Origin: a bacterium
GTDB taxonomy: Bacteria > Bacillota_I > Bacilli_A > RFN20 > CAG-826
NCBI GenBank assembly: GCA_963651465.1
Contig: CAVJPS010000012.1
Location: 66,179-130,178, forward strand
Direction of reading: 5' to 3'
DNA length: 64,000 nt
Shown: one piece after another, positions 18,939 to 29,608 of the stretch
How positions within the stretch are numbered: the first letter of the stretch is position 1
How the letters are laid out: each line of letters starts with the position of its first letter
Translations under genes and position numbers: made by a program
The notes under the pieces: generated by a model
Databases searched by the model: none
Told to the model about the DNA's origin: nothing
The model's input: the letters and a program-made list of their open reading frames with translations, nothing else

Positions 18939-20951
18939 ATGCATTTAAAAAAAGCATTATCGGCTTCTTTATTTGCAGCAGCATTATTACTTGGCTCATC
19001 AGGCTTAGCAGGTAACAATGATACAGTTGTACATTTAGAAACTGAAAAGAAATCAGCAGCAGTTGCATCAATGGCTAGTTCATTTGATGGTCAAACAGCA
19101 ACTTCTGGTTTATCTGAAAGCGATCCATTACGTATTAGCGATACAGGAGTTTATTTACTTTTCTTAAATAAACTTGCAAATTGCCCAAAAGAACCTTTAA
19201 ATAGTGGAACAACTGTTACTTGGGCAACAGCTTATTATCAATTAACTGATGATATTGATTTGTCATTAACTACATCAATTATTTCACCTATTTTCAATGA
19301 AGATGTTATTAATAATCCAACAGCTTATAATCTAAAACTTGATGGTTGTAACCATATTATTAAAAACATTTCATTAAAAACAGATTCTATTAAATATAGT
19401 AATGATGCTTTATTAGCTGGTTCTGGTGTATTTGCTGCATTCCGTGGAACATTAAAGAATATTACATTTGAATATTCATATTATGATGTAGCATTCTCTG
19501 GTTTAAATGAAGGATTTGCTACTAGTATCGGTGGTGTAGCTGGTCTTACATTACAATCAACATTAAATAACGTTCACGTTACATACAATTGCCATGTCAC
19601 TGTTAACGCAAATAACGAATCTCATTTAAGTAGAACATATTATTATTTTGGTGGCTTAGTTGGCTTTGCTGGAATACAAACAAATATTATTAACTGTAGT
19701 GTTACTTCAAAAGCACATTCATTATCTATTAAATCTAATGCTATTCAAGGCTATTTCGGTACTTTATGTGGTGCTTTAAAACAATCTACAATTTTTAACT
19801 CATTTGCTTATATTAACAGAGCTTCATTACAATCATCATATACTGGTTCTAGTGAAACTTATTTAGGTTTAACATGTGGTTTAGTCCACAACTCAATTGT
19901 TAAATGCGTCTACTCTTATTGTGGAAGTAAAGAATATGTAAACGATTCTAGTTCTTCCCGTGGCCGTGTTTCATACTTAGGAATTATCTTTGGTAACTTA
20001 TCAACTTTTGAAAACGTATATATTTACGATTTAACTGGTAAAGATGCAAGCGGTAACGCAATTGCTGAATATGTTTTATTCAGTGATTTATCTGGCACTA
20101 TAGGTCATCCAGTAACACTTGATAATCCAATTCCATATGATACTTCAATAGCTTGTAAAGCTAACCATGGCTTCGTAGCAACTTCTGATGAAACATTAAC
20201 AGAAGGTAAAACATATTACACAAGAACTAGTGTTAGTACATATCCTGCAGTAGATGAAATTGATTATGCTTATACTGAAGTTACTTCACCAACTGTAGAA
20301 AATTTAAATAATTACTATGAAAGTAAAAGTGAAACAGTTAATAAGTTTACAAGCTTTACAACTCCATTTGATTTTGATGGTGAAGGTACTTTAAGAACTC
20401 TTACAGCTGCTTTAACTTCTATTTCAAATACAACACCTCACGTTGAATATGTTCACCAAGGCGTTGCATCTACAGGTACATTAAACGAATGGTATTATAG
20501 TGCTACATCAAACGATGGTGTTCCTTATATGCCAGCTCGTTATAAAGATCGTGTTTTCTCAATTTCATACAATGGTTGGAAAAAAGATCGTTCAGATAAT
20601 GAATATGCAATTAATGATGCTGCAAAACCTGAATCATATGTTTATGGTACAGGTGTCGATGAATTACCATCTATCGTTTTAAAGAAAGGTTATATCTTTA
20701 AAGGATGGTACGATAACCAAAGTTTAGCAGGTAAAGCTTTAACTAGCATTGCTGCTGATAGAATTGGTGATGTCACATTATACGCATCATTTGAAAAAGA
20801 ACCTGTTACAATTCCTACAACAATTTGGATTGTTATTGGTGTATTAGGTGCAGCTATTATTGGTGGTGGTATCTTTACAGGTCTTAAGATTAAGAAATAC
20901 AAGAACACATACCATAAAGCAAAGAAGAAAAATACTAATAGCCCATTCTAA
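18939..20951 (+). CDS. Large cell-surface protein: signal peptide, beta-helix-like repeat region, a Listeria-Bacteroides (Flg_new-type) repeat and a C-terminal TM anchor with a basic tail.
   Basis: Signal peptide MHLKKALSASLFAAALLLGSSGLAG. The segment GYIFKGWYDNQSLAGKALTSIAADRIGDVTLYASF matches the Flg_new / InlB-B repeat. The C-terminal TM helix IWIVIGVLGAAIIGGGIFTGL is followed by KIKKYKNTYHKAKKK. Confidence 0.6.
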   Translation: MHLKKALSASLFAAALLLGSSGLAGNNDTVVHLETEKKSAAVASMASSFDGQTATSGLSESDPLRISDTGVYLLFLNKLANCPKEPLNSGTTVTWATAYYQLTDDIDLSLTTSIISPIFNEDVINNPTAYNLKLDGCNHIIKNISLKTDSIKYSNDALLAGSGVFAAFRGTLKNITFEYSYYDVAFSGLNEGFATSIGGVAGLTLQSTLNNVHVTYNCHVTVNANNESHLSRTYYYFGGLVGFAGIQTNIINCSVTSKAHSLSIKSNAIQGYFGTLCGALKQSTIFNSFAYINRASLQSSYTGSSETYLGLTCGLVHNSIVKCVYSYCGSKEYVNDSSSSRGRVSYLGIIFGNLSTFENVYIYDLTGKDASGNAIAEYVLFSDLSGTIGHPVTLDNPIPYDTSIACKANHGFVATSDETLTEGKTYYTRTSVSTYPAVDEIDYAYTEVTSPTVENLNNYYESKSETVNKFTSFTTPFDFDGEGTLRTLTAALTSISNTTPHVEYVHQGVASTGTLNEWYYSATSNDGVPYMPARYKDRVFSISYNGWKKDRSDNEYAINDAAKPESYVYGTGVDELPSIVLKKGYIFKGWYDNQSLAGKALTSIAADRIGDVTLYASFEKEPVTIPTTIWIVIGVLGAAIIGGGIFTGLKIKKYKNTYHKAKKKNTNSPF

Positions 20952-20957
20952 AAAATA

Positions 20958-20988
20958 TTAAGGAAAGTCGAAAGGCTTTCCTTTTTTA
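20958..20988 (+). terminator. Rho-independent terminator.
   Basis: Hairpin aaggaaag...ctttcctt followed by TTTTT. Confidence 0.55.
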
Positions 20989-21055
20989 TTGCTATTTATA
21001 GAATAAACTTAATTGTTATGATAAAATAACTACGAAGAAAGAGGTTGATCGATAA

Positions 21056-22567
21056 ATGGCAGATAAAATTAGACCACTTCCTCCGGCTGTACAAAAACAA
21101 ATTTATTATTACATGAATGAAATTAAAAAATTTGATCCGGAGATTATTACCAAAACTGAAGAATGGTGTATGTATTTTGAGAACAAATTCAATGTTCCTC
21201 TTTTTTATTTTACTTTCACAGAACCTTTATCATTTAGAATTAAAGAACATTCTGAAGATAATACATATGACTTTATTACTGAAGATAGTCCACGTAACCG
21301 TAAAGTTATTTTAGACCATATTCGTACTTTAATATTTGAATCATATATGAATAGTAATGGTTTAATTGCTAAAATGAGTTCAAATATGAGATCGTATCTA
21401 TTAAGAACATTAGATAAAAATGATATTAATCGTTACGATGATAATGACGATTCCTTTGTTGCTTATATTAAAGATATTGAAATATTTAGAATTACTGAAA
21501 CTAAAGACCCCGAACATAAGTTTCAAATTACTATTCCTCAAAATGTATTTAGAACTAATCCTGAGGAAATTCCTAATACATTATTATTTGAAAGTGAAAA
21601 CTATCGTGAAATTACAGAGCACATATATGCTTCGTGCTCATTCTATAGTAACTATGAATATAAAAAAGTTATTATGGAATTAAATAAAATTCGTAATTTT
21701 ATTAATATTACTTATGGAGCTGAAAATGTATCTGAATTGAATAGTAACGTTAATGTTATTTTGAGTGCTGGATTTACTAAAGTTGTTCAAATAGAAGAAA
21801 AACAAAATGGTAAATTATATATGTCTTATCATTTGAGTAAAGACTTTATTGAAAAAGAATGGAACAATACTAATTTAATAAAGTTATTTGCTTTAATGGA
21901 TGATAAGTTTTATATAGAAGGTAAAAAGTTGATTGATTCATTTACTGATGATCAAGTTGTTTTACTTGCCAACTTTAGTGGTGACTTACTTGACTATAAC
22001 CCTGAAATTATTACTGAATATCCAGAAAGAATCATTCAATTTAAAACTCCATATAACTTAGAAAATCCTTTTGCAAAGATTAGTAGAAACGATAAACTTG
22101 AATTATCAATATTTATTAATGGTAGAACTATTGATTTTAAATTAGATAACCAAGATCAAATGATTGATTTAGCTAATAGTTATTTGGTTGCTACCGATCC
22201 TAGAATTGCAATTACACGTCGTGAAATTGAACGCTTACGTGAATTAGAAGATTATACTGATGAGTCTTTAGAAGAAGCAAAGAAATTAATTGATGAGTTT
22301 GCTACTTATCCAGATTTATTACGTGAACGTAATGAATATATTAAAATTGAATTAGGTGACTTAGTTACTGCAATTGAGAATGCTTTAGAAGAAAAACGTC
22401 GTGCTGAAGCATCTATGTCTATTACTTCTGAAGCTTATCAGAAGTTAGCTGAAAAATTAACAAGTTTACTTGATAGGATTGATGCGTTAGAAGTGCGTGT
22501 AAGGTTCTTAGAAGATAAGAACGAACAATTAGAAGAAGAGCTTCAAAAAGCAACAAAGAAACATTAA
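21056..22567 (+). CDS. Hypothetical protein with a C-terminal coiled-coil.
   Basis: 503-aa ORF with RBS AGAGG. The C-terminal 120 aa are heptad-rich and charged (RREIERLRELEDY...LEEELQKATKKH). No catalytic motif recognised. Confidence 0.45.
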   Translation: MADKIRPLPPAVQKQIYYYMNEIKKFDPEIITKTEEWCMYFENKFNVPLFYFTFTEPLSFRIKEHSEDNTYDFITEDSPRNRKVILDHIRTLIFESYMNSNGLIAKMSSNMRSYLLRTLDKNDINRYDDNDDSFVAYIKDIEIFRITETKDPEHKFQITIPQNVFRTNPEEIPNTLLFESENYREITEHIYASCSFYSNYEYKKVIMELNKIRNFINITYGAENVSELNSNVNVILSAGFTKVVQIEEKQNGKLYMSYHLSKDFIEKEWNNTNLIKLFALMDDKFYIEGKKLIDSFTDDQVVLLANFSGDLLDYNPEIITEYPERIIQFKTPYNLENPFAKISRNDKLELSIFINGRTIDFKLDNQDQMIDLANSYLVATDPRIAITRREIERLRELEDYTDESLEEAKKLIDEFATYPDLLRERNEYIKIELGDLVTAIENALEEKRRAEASMSITSEAYQKLAEKLTSLLDRIDALEVRVRFLEDKNEQLEEELQKATKKH

Positions 22568-22572
22568 AAATT

Positions 22573-22606
22573 CGCCCATAAGTATAATACTTATGGGATT
22601 TTTTTA
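22573..22606 (+). terminator. Rho-independent terminator.
   Basis: Hairpin cccataagta-taa-tacttatggg (10 bp) followed by T7. Confidence 0.65.
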
Positions 22607-22722
22607 TATAATTAAACGCTTTCATAAAAGTTCCAAGATTAAATACCTTTATTTTTATAAAAAATATAGTAAAATATAGTTGTTGAAAAACAAGTTACAA
22701 AACTAACAGGAGGAAAAATATT

Positions 22723-23757
22723 ATGTCAGTAAAAGTAGCTATTAATGGTTTCGGACGTATTGGCCGTTTAGCATTCAGACAAATGTTTGGTGCAGAAGGT
22801 TACGAAGTCGTCGCTATTAACGATTTAACAAGCCCAACAATGCTTGCTCATTTATTAAAGTACGATTCAGCTCAAAAGAGATATGAATTAGCTGATAAAG
22901 TTACTTCATCAGCAGAAGGCGATGCAGAAGGCTGGATTGCTGTCGATGGCAAAAAAATCAGAATCTATGCAGAAAAAGATGCATCTAACTGTCCATGGGG
23001 AGAATTAGGTGTAGATGTCGTCTTAGAATGTACAGGTTTCTACTGCTCAAAAGAAAAATCAATGGCTCACATTAATGCTGGTGCTAAGAAAGTTGTTATT
23101 AGTGCTCCAGCAGGTAAAGATTTAAAGACAATCGTTTACAATGTTAACCACGAAACATTAACAAAAGAAGATCAAGTTATTTCAGCTGCTTCTTGTACAA
23201 CAAACTGCTTAGCTCCTATGGCTAAAGCATTAAATGATGCATTCCCAGTTGAATCAGGTATCATGTTAACAGTTCACGCTTATACTGGTGACCAAATGGT
23301 TCTTGATGGACCACACCGTAAAGGCGATTTACGTAGAGCACGTGCTGCTGCAGTCAACATTGTTCCTAACTCAACAGGTGCTGCTAAAGCAATCGGCTTA
23401 GTTATCCCAGAATTAAATGGTAAATTAATCGGTTCAGCTCAACGTGTACCAGTTCCTACAGGTTCAACAACATTATTATTTGCTGTTGTTAAATCTGATA
23501 AAGAAGTTACAGTTGATACAGTCAACGCAGCTATGAAAGCTCAAGCTAATGAATCATTCGGTTACAATGAAGATTTAATCGTTTCATCTGATATCGTTGG
23601 TATGAGATATGGTTCATTATTTGACGCAACTCAAACAATGGTTGCTAAAGTTGATGAAAACACATACGAAGTCCAAGTTGTTTCATGGTATGATAACGAA
23701 AACTCATACACATCACAAATGGTTCGTACAATTAAGTACTTCGCAGAAATCAAGTAG
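22723..23757 (+). CDS. gap: Glyceraldehyde-3-phosphate dehydrogenase (type I).
   Basis: NAD-binding motif INGFGRIGR, active site [10 protein letters not shown], and the family-typical C-terminus WYDNE. Strong RBS AGGAGG. Its codon choice is visibly more GC-rich than its neighbours, as expected for a highly expressed gene. Confidence 0.95.
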   Translation: MSVKVAINGFGRIGRLAFRQMFGAEGYEVVAINDLTSPTMLAHLLKYDSAQKRYELADKVTSSAEGDAEGWIAVDGKKIRIYAEKDASNCPWGELGVDVVLECTGFYCSKEKSMAHINAGAKKVVISAPAGKDLKTIVYNVNHETLTKEDQVISAASCTTNCLAPMAKALNDAFPVESGIMLTVHAYTGDQMVLDGPHRKGDLRRARAAAVNIVPNSTGAAKAIGLVIPELNGKLIGSAQRVPVPTGSTTLLFAVVKSDKEVTVDTVNAAMKAQANESFGYNEDLIVSSDIVGMRYGSLFDATQTMVAKVDENTYEVQVVSWYDNENSYTSQMVRTIKYFAEIK

Positions 23758-23781
23758 TAATAAATTAATCATGATTGACGA

Positions 23782-23812
23782 GAAAACGCACCCGGAAGGA
23801 TGCGTTTTTTTG
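23782..23812. terminator. Bidirectional terminator between gap (+) and clpB (-).
   Basis: Hairpin aaacgca-cccggaagga-tgcgttt with T7 on the plus side and an A-run on the minus side. Confidence 0.55.
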
Positions 23813-23815
23813 ATG

Positions 23816-25927
23816 TTATTCTTTTAATACTAATTCATTATCGTAATACGTTAATGTATATTTTGTATCTGTTTTAATGTTGTTTCGTAAGATTGCATCT
23901 GCAATAAATGTTTCAATTTTATTTTGAATGAATCTTTTAATTGGTCTAGCACCAAAGTCTTCATTATAGGAAGAATCAATAATATATTTTTTAACACTTT
24001 CATCAAATGAAATATAATAATAATTTTCATTTAAACGTTTTGACAATTCGTTAAGCATTTTATCAACAATCTTAATTTGCATGTCTTTTGTTAAAGGATT
24101 AAAGTATACAATTTCATCAATTCTATTTAAAAATTCTGGTTTAAATGTTTTACGTAATAAAACATCTACGTCATTTAATCTACCATTTAAGATTTCTTGA
24201 GAACCTAAATTCGAAGTCATAATAATAATTGTATTTTTAAAATCTACAACTACACCTTGAGAATCAGTTAATCTGCCATCATCAAGTATTTGTAATAAAA
24301 GGTTAAAAATTTGTGGGTGAGCTTTTTCAATCTCATCGAATAAGATAATAGAATAAGGATTACGTTTTACAGGCTCGGTTAATTGACCACCATCTTCAAA
24401 TCCAACATATCCTGGTGGAGAACCAATTAAACGAGTAAATGTAAAGTCTTCCATATACTCAGACATATCTAATCTAATAATATGAGATTCACTATCAAAT
24501 AATGCTTCTGCAAGAGCTTTAGCAACTTCGGTTTTACCAACACCAGTTGGACCCATAAATAAGAATGAACCAATTGGTCTATGTTGATCTTTAATGCCTG
24601 CACGTTGACGTAATATTGCATCATTTACTAGATTAATAGCGTTATCTTGACCAATAACACGTTTTTCTAATGCTTCTTTTAAATTCAATACTTTTTCAGT
24701 ATCACCTTTCATAATACGTGAGACAGGAATATTTGTATTTTTTGCAACAATTTTTGCTATTTCGTCATTATCAACAACTTCACTTATAATTTCGTTATTC
24801 TTATTTTTAAGATCTATTTGTTCTAATGCTTTTTGTAGTTCAGGAATATCTTTATATTGTATTTCAGATGCTTTTTGATAATTTTGAGAATTAATAGCCT
24901 TTTCAAGCTCGAACTTCTTTTTATCCAAAGAGACTTTTAAATCTTTTTCTTTTTTAATAGATAGTTTTTCTTCGTTCCATTTTTTGACTAATTCTTCTTG
25001 TTTTTGATTTACGTCTGATAATTCGTTTTCTAATTGAATTAATCTTTTCTTGCTTGAATTATCGTCTTCTTTTTCTAAGGCTGCCTTTTCAATTTGTAAT
25101 TGTCTAATCTTACGATTTAATTCTTCAATATCAAATGGACTTGATTCCATATCAACTCGAATAGAAGCACAAGCTTGGTCAACTAAATCAATAGCTTTAT
25201 CAGGCAAATAACGATTTGTTATATATCTATTAGATAATGTAGCTGCCGCAACTAATGCGTCATCAGTAATTTTAACACCATGGTGAGCTTCAAATCTTTC
25301 TTTAATACCACGTAAGATAGAAATAGTATCAGCAACCGAAGGTTCACCAATCATGACAGGTTGGAAACGTCTTTCTAAAGCACGATCTTTTTCTATATAT
25401 TTTTTATATTCTTGAAGAGTAGTAGCACCAATACAGTTAATATCTCCACGAGCTAACATAGGTTTTAATATATTTGCTGCGTCCATAGCACCACTTGTTC
25501 TACCTGCACCAACAATTAAATGAATTTCATCAATAAATAAGATAATATTGTTTTCACTTTCTTTTAATTTGTTTAAAACATCTTTTAATCTTTCTTCGAA
25601 TTCACCTTGATATTTTGCACCAGCAATTAATGCTCCCATATCAAGTTCAAATATTTTTTTGTTCTTTAATGAAGTAGGAACGTCATCTTTTTCAATTCTT
25701 TGAGCAAGGCCCTCAATAATTGCTGTTTTACCAACACCAGGTTCGCCTAATAAAACAACATTATTTTTTGTTTTACGTGCTAAAACTTCTATGACTTTAC
25801 GAATTTCTTCATCACGACCTATTACAGGATCAATTTTGTTTTTTGCAACATCTTCGTTAACGATACGACCGTATTTATGGAAAACATCATCTTTTTGATT
25901 GGTAGAGTTACTATATGCGTTATTCAT
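23816..25927 (-). CDS. clpB: ClpB-type AAA+ disaggregase: two AAA modules plus a long coiled-coil M-domain, but no N-terminal domain.
   Basis: Walker A 1 GEPGVGKTA, Walker A 2 GPTGVGKTE, sensor GARP, and a roughly 120-aa coiled-coil between the AAA modules. At 703 aa it starts right before AAA-1, as in mollicute-type ClpB. Confidence 0.8.
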   Translation of the reverse strand: MNNAYSNSTNQKDDVFHKYGRIVNEDVAKNKIDPVIGRDEEIRKVIEVLARKTKNNVVLLGEPGVGKTAIIEGLAQRIEKDDVPTSLKNKKIFELDMGALIAGAKYQGEFEERLKDVLNKLKESENNIILFIDEIHLIVGAGRTSGAMDAANILKPMLARGDINCIGATTLQEYKKYIEKDRALERRFQPVMIGEPSVADTISILRGIKERFEAHHGVKITDDALVAAATLSNRYITNRYLPDKAIDLVDQACASIRVDMESSPFDIEELNRKIRQLQIEKAALEKEDDNSSKKRLIQLENELSDVNQKQEELVKKWNEEKLSIKKEKDLKVSLDKKKFELEKAINSQNYQKASEIQYKDIPELQKALEQIDLKNKNNEIISEVVDNDEIAKIVAKNTNIPVSRIMKGDTEKVLNLKEALEKRVIGQDNAINLVNDAILRQRAGIKDQHRPIGSFLFMGPTGVGKTEVAKALAEALFDSESHIIRLDMSEYMEDFTFTRLIGSPPGYVGFEDGGQLTEPVKRNPYSIILFDEIEKAHPQIFNLLLQILDDGRLTDSQGVVVDFKNTIIIMTSNLGSQEILNGRLNDVDVLLRKTFKPEFLNRIDEIVYFNPLTKDMQIKIVDKMLNELSKRLNENYYYISFDESVKKYIIDSSYNEDFGARPIKRFIQNKIETFIADAILRNNIKTDTKYTLTYYDNELVLKE

Positions 25928-25963
25928 AATATCGCCTCCTCATAACTCTATTATAGGTCAGTT

Positions 25964-25990
25964 TTAGCACTTGTCAAGTAAGAGTGCTAA
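25964..25990. promoter_or_regulatory. CIRCE (HrcA operator) overlapping the clpB promoter.
   Basis: Plus-strand sequence TTAGCACTT-N9-GAGTGCTAA versus the consensus TTAGCACTC-N9-GAGTGCTAA. On the minus strand it overlaps a TTGACA-N16-TATAAT promoter, with RBS GAGGAGG before the clpB ATG. Confidence 0.6.
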
Positions 25991-26010
25991 AAAAATAATA
26001 AAAATAAAAA

Positions 26011-26343
26011 CTAGTTGAGTTTTAATCCAACTAGTCCATATTTTTTAATATCATCTTGGGTATAAAAACTTAAATAAGTATTTTTAATTTCGTTATTAGC
26101 TTTTCCTTCAAAACCAATTTCACGTGGAGTTAATTGATTTAACATCTCATCGAGATTTCTAAATCTTTTAACCTCTGTTACTGTATATGTTGCTTCTTGA
26201 TGTGTCTCTTCATTTACTAATATAACTTCATCGTTAGGACAAATAATATTACGACATTTATTTGCGAGTCTTATTTCGTATTTCTTAATGCCACTTTTAA
26301 TTAAATTATAGTATTCATCTTTTATTCTTAATTTAAATTTCAT
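26011..26343 (-). CDS. ASCH-domain-like small protein.
   Basis: 110-aa ORF with the pattern EYYNLIKSGIKKYEIRLANK...EVILV, reminiscent of the ASCH/PUA-like fold. The assignment is weak. Confidence 0.4.
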   Translation of the reverse strand: MKFKLRIKDEYYNLIKSGIKKYEIRLANKCRNIICPNDEVILVNEETHQEATYTVTEVKRFRNLDEMLNQLTPREIGFEGKANNEIKNTYLSFYTQDDIKKYGLVGLKLN

Positions 26344-26950
26344 ATTTTTTTACCTTAAAGAAGAGAATAGCTGCTATTGTTAATGGAATACCTATCAAGA
26401 AGATATACCATAATCTAGACCATGAATTAGGAATAGCTAAGCATAATTGTAAATATAAACAAGCAAGTAATGTCCAAGAAAGTGCAGAAACAATAAAAGA
26501 CATATAATGACGTTTACCCCATATTGAATTAAATACTAATAAAACTATACAAGTAACAGGAACTGCCCAACAGAACGTCATCCATATTGGTAAACTAGTA
26601 TGACCTTGGTAAGAAATCATAATGCAGGAAAAAATGATTGTTGCAACAATCCAAACGAGAGCACTAGCTAGTAATGTAATAATTATATGTTTACGACGAA
26701 CAATGTCATCGTTTTTTAACATCTTCTTCTCGTGAGAGTCTCCTTCCTTTACTAAGTAATCTAGTGTTACACCGTAATAATTTGCTAACTCTACTAAGAC
26801 ATCAATTGGTGGTAAAGTAAGACCTTTTTCCCATTTTGATACTGCTGTATCGCTGTAATTGAACATCTCAGCAAGGCTAATTTGAGTAATACCTTTCTTT
26901 TTTCTTAATTCGGTTAGGTTTTCACCGATAATCTCTTTTATTTCTTTCAT
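26333..26950 (-). CDS. XRE-family HTH transcriptional regulator with a C-terminal 4-TM membrane domain.
   Basis: N-terminal HTH_3 LRKKKGITQISLAEMFNYSDTAVSKWEKGLTLPPIDVLVELANYYGVTLDYLV, followed by hydrophobic helices. Confidence 0.7.
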   Translation of the reverse strand: MKEIKEIIGENLTELRKKKGITQISLAEMFNYSDTAVSKWEKGLTLPPIDVLVELANYYGVTLDYLVKEGDSHEKKMLKNDDIVRRKHIIITLLASALVWIVATIIFSCIMISYQGHTSLPIWMTFCWAVPVTCIVLLVFNSIWGKRHYMSFIVSALSWTLLACLYLQLCLAIPNSWSRLWYIFLIGIPLTIAAILFFKVKKYEI

Positions 26951-27183
26951 ACCTATATATTACATTGTAAATAGGCCTATTACAAGGAAAAAGCAGTCTA
27001 AAAAAGCTAAAATTCCCCTATTTGGCAAGTCTTTTTGTGGTGACTTGCCAAATTTTCAACCCTACTTTCCAGATTGGCAGCCATACTTGAAAAACTTTAT
27101 CAGTCACTTTCAAGAACATTTTATCCATTTTGCTAATATAATAAAGGTGACAAAAGGGAGAAACCTTTTGGGAGGTAATTATT

Positions 27184-28491
27184 ATGACATGGAATCGTTT
27201 AGTTTTAATATTCTTAATTATATATATTATTGTTCTTGGTATTCAATTACTTTGCTATGCACCAAGAATGAGAGCATGGGGAGCTGCTTTTCATAAGCAA
27301 GAGCATCTTATTAATAATAAAAAGAATAAGATTGCTATCATTGTTCCTGCACGTAACGAAAGTAAAGTTATTGGCGAATTGTTTGAATCTTTAGAAAATC
27401 AAACATACGATCGTAATTACTTTGATGTTCACGTTATTGTTAAGGAAGATACAGATCCTACAATCGAAATGGCAAAAAAGCTTGGTCATGAAGTTCATAT
27501 TATTAAAGAACAAACATGTAAAGGTGACGCAATGGAAGGTACTTTACAAGATATTTTAAATAAGACACCTAACAAATATGATCAATTTTTATTAATTGAC
27601 GCTGACTGTATCTTAGATTCTAACTACTTAGAAGAAATTAATAACGCAGTTGCATCTGGTAGAGATGTTATAACAACTAAGAAGATTGTTAAAAACTATT
27701 GGTTTGGTGATACAAAGAAAAATAGTACTTGGGCATGTGCATGTAATGGTTTGATTTGGCCATTAATGGATGACTTAGGTAACAAATATAAATCAGAACA
27801 TAACTACTTCCAATTCACTGTTGGTACTGGTGTTATGTTCTCAGCTAGAGTTATTAAAGAAATTGGTGGTTGGCCATATCGTGAAACTTTAACTGAAGAT
27901 GGTGAATTTGCTTTAGATGCAATTTTAAGAGGTTATACTTGTTACTATGCAGAATATGCTCGTATTTATGTTGAAGAAGCTACTTCACTTTCAATGACTG
28001 ATAAACGTAGAACACGTTGGTTCCAAGGTGTTACTGATACATATCGTATTTACGGTCATAGATTAAAAGAATTTGATAAAGAAAAAAATGATGAAAATGT
28101 TCATAAATCAATATATTATGGCTTAAATGTTCAAATCTTATATCATTATTTCGGAACCTTATTATCGTTAATATTATTATCAGCTATTGGTACTATATTA
28201 TTTGCTATATTTGGAATTAGTACTTGGTTATTAACATTAATAATTTGTTGTTCTTCAATCTTTGCATTCTACTTAAGTGCTTTCGTATCCGGCTTATTAG
28301 CTGTGATTGTTGATAGAAAGAATATTAATTTAAAATGGTATAAGAAAGTTTGGATTGTAATTACTTACCCATTCTTCTTTGTTCCATATGTTGGTATTAT
28401 AGCTAAAGCTCTTTTCAGTAAAAAGAATAAAGGCTGGGAAGTTATTGAACGTAATGTTAATTTCTCAGAAAATACTTCTAAATTAAAATAA
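27184..28491 (+). CDS. Family-2 glycosyltransferase of the processive membrane-synthase type (IcaA/PgaC/HasA-like architecture).
   Basis: N-terminal TM helix, the GT-A signature IAIIVPARNESKVIGELFESLENQTYD, a DAD/DxD region LLIDADCIL, LTEDGEFALD, an RRTRWFQG motif in place of Q(Q/R)xRW, and 4 C-terminal TM helices. RBS GGGAGG. Confidence 0.65.
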   Translation: MTWNRLVLIFLIIYIIVLGIQLLCYAPRMRAWGAAFHKQEHLINNKKNKIAIIVPARNESKVIGELFESLENQTYDRNYFDVHVIVKEDTDPTIEMAKKLGHEVHIIKEQTCKGDAMEGTLQDILNKTPNKYDQFLLIDADCILDSNYLEEINNAVASGRDVITTKKIVKNYWFGDTKKNSTWACACNGLIWPLMDDLGNKYKSEHNYFQFTVGTGVMFSARVIKEIGGWPYRETLTEDGEFALDAILRGYTCYYAEYARIYVEEATSLSMTDKRRTRWFQGVTDTYRIYGHRLKEFDKEKNDENVHKSIYYGLNVQILYHYFGTLLSLILLSAIGTILFAIFGISTWLLTLIICCSSIFAFYLSAFVSGLLAVIVDRKNINLKWYKKVWIVITYPFFFVPYVGIIAKALFSKKNKGWEVIERNVNFSENTSKLK

Positions 28492-28496
28492 TTATT

Positions 28497-29297
28497 ATGT
28501 TAACAACTAAAGAGTTATATGAAAAAGAAAAAGAGCTAGAAAGCAAAGGTATATTCGATGTTCACATCGATGAACCTGATCTTAAAAATGTGTATCCGGT
28601 CGATGAGAAATTCCCTTATATCAGAAAGGGTTCTCTAAAATTTAAAGATTTCTTTACTAAGTTATTTGTTATTAAACCTTTTATAAGATATATTAATAAA
28701 AAAGAACGTCATACTATTGTTAAAGGACGTGAAAACTTAAAAGGAATCGATTCTGCTATTGTTACATGTAATCACGTTTATATGTTTGATTGCATTGCAG
28801 CAATGTATGCCTTAAGAGGGCATAGACTTAATATTACAGCTGCTGAGTTTAATAACCGTGCTGATAAATTAGGTCATTATATGCGTGTTGGTGGAGTTTT
28901 ACCAATGAGTTCTAACCTTAGAGCTATGAAAAACTTTAACAATGCAATTAGTTATTTTTTAAAGCACAATGGATATGTTATGTTTTATCCTGAACAAGCA
29001 ATGTGGTATATGTATGAAAAACCACGTCCTAATAAACAAGGAGCTTTCCATTATGCTGTTAAAAATAAAGTACCTGTTATTCCAATGTTTATTACATTTA
29101 GAAAAAACGGTACAAAAGACAAAGATGGTTTTGACCACAAAGATTTTACGGTCAACATCTGTAAACCTATTTTTGCTAGAGATGATCTAGACGAAAAACA
29201 AAATATGGAATATTTACGTATAGAAAATGAAAAAGCTTGGAAAGAAGTATACGAGAGTACTTATCAAAAAGAACTTGTATACGATATAGAAAAGTAA
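28497..29297 (+). CDS. PlsC-family (lysophospholipid) acyltransferase.
   Basis: HX4D motif CNHVYMFD, plus the downstream FYPEQAMW and VPVIPM blocks. Confidence 0.55.
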   Translation: MLTTKELYEKEKELESKGIFDVHIDEPDLKNVYPVDEKFPYIRKGSLKFKDFFTKLFVIKPFIRYINKKERHTIVKGRENLKGIDSAIVTCNHVYMFDCIAAMYALRGHRLNITAAEFNNRADKLGHYMRVGGVLPMSSNLRAMKNFNNAISYFLKHNGYVMFYPEQAMWYMYEKPRPNKQGAFHYAVKNKVPVIPMFITFRKNGTKDKDGFDHKDFTVNICKPIFARDDLDEKQNMEYLRIENEKAWKEVYESTYQKELVYDIEK

Positions 29298-29576
29298 TAT
29301 TCCGATTTATTATTTGTTCAATTATTTTAAATATTAGTTACCCCCTAATATTTAAAAAGTTGATATATAAGTGGATTATTAAACTCGAGAATCTAAACTA
29401 CTTACTACTAAAAATAGTCCACTTTCTAAATTGATTACTACCTTGTTTTGAATGTACCCCCTAGACTTTTATTCAACGATTTACCAAACCTAGAACTCAA
29501 CAGGAATAAATAGTTGGTACAAAGAGAAATGTTCAAAATAGGGTTTTAATAAAGTTGAGTGAGGAGCTTGACATGT

Positions 29577-29608
29577 GAGCGGTTAGCGAGGAGCTAATCG
29601 CTTTTTCT
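29577..29608 (+). terminator. Rho-independent terminator-like hairpin inside a 410-bp intergenic region.
   Basis: Stem gcggttagc / gctaatcgc (9 bp, one G-U pair), loop gagga, then TTTTT. It lies 100 nt upstream of the next ATG. Confidence 0.45.

Noticed and set aside
10541-23827. Other short track ORFs nested in or antisense to larger genes: 10541-10729, 14921-15343, 18880-19071, 20500-20682, 20690-20908, 21117-21314, 21420-21683, 22422-22625 and 23609-23827.
   Set aside because: All are embedded in longer, motif-supported genes on the same or opposite strand. Their composition is what chance AT-rich frames look like.
27045-27296. 83-aa ORF overlapping the start of the GT2 gene.
   Set aside because: It overlaps the GT2 RBS and start out of frame, has no RBS of its own and no motif. 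It is likely spurious.
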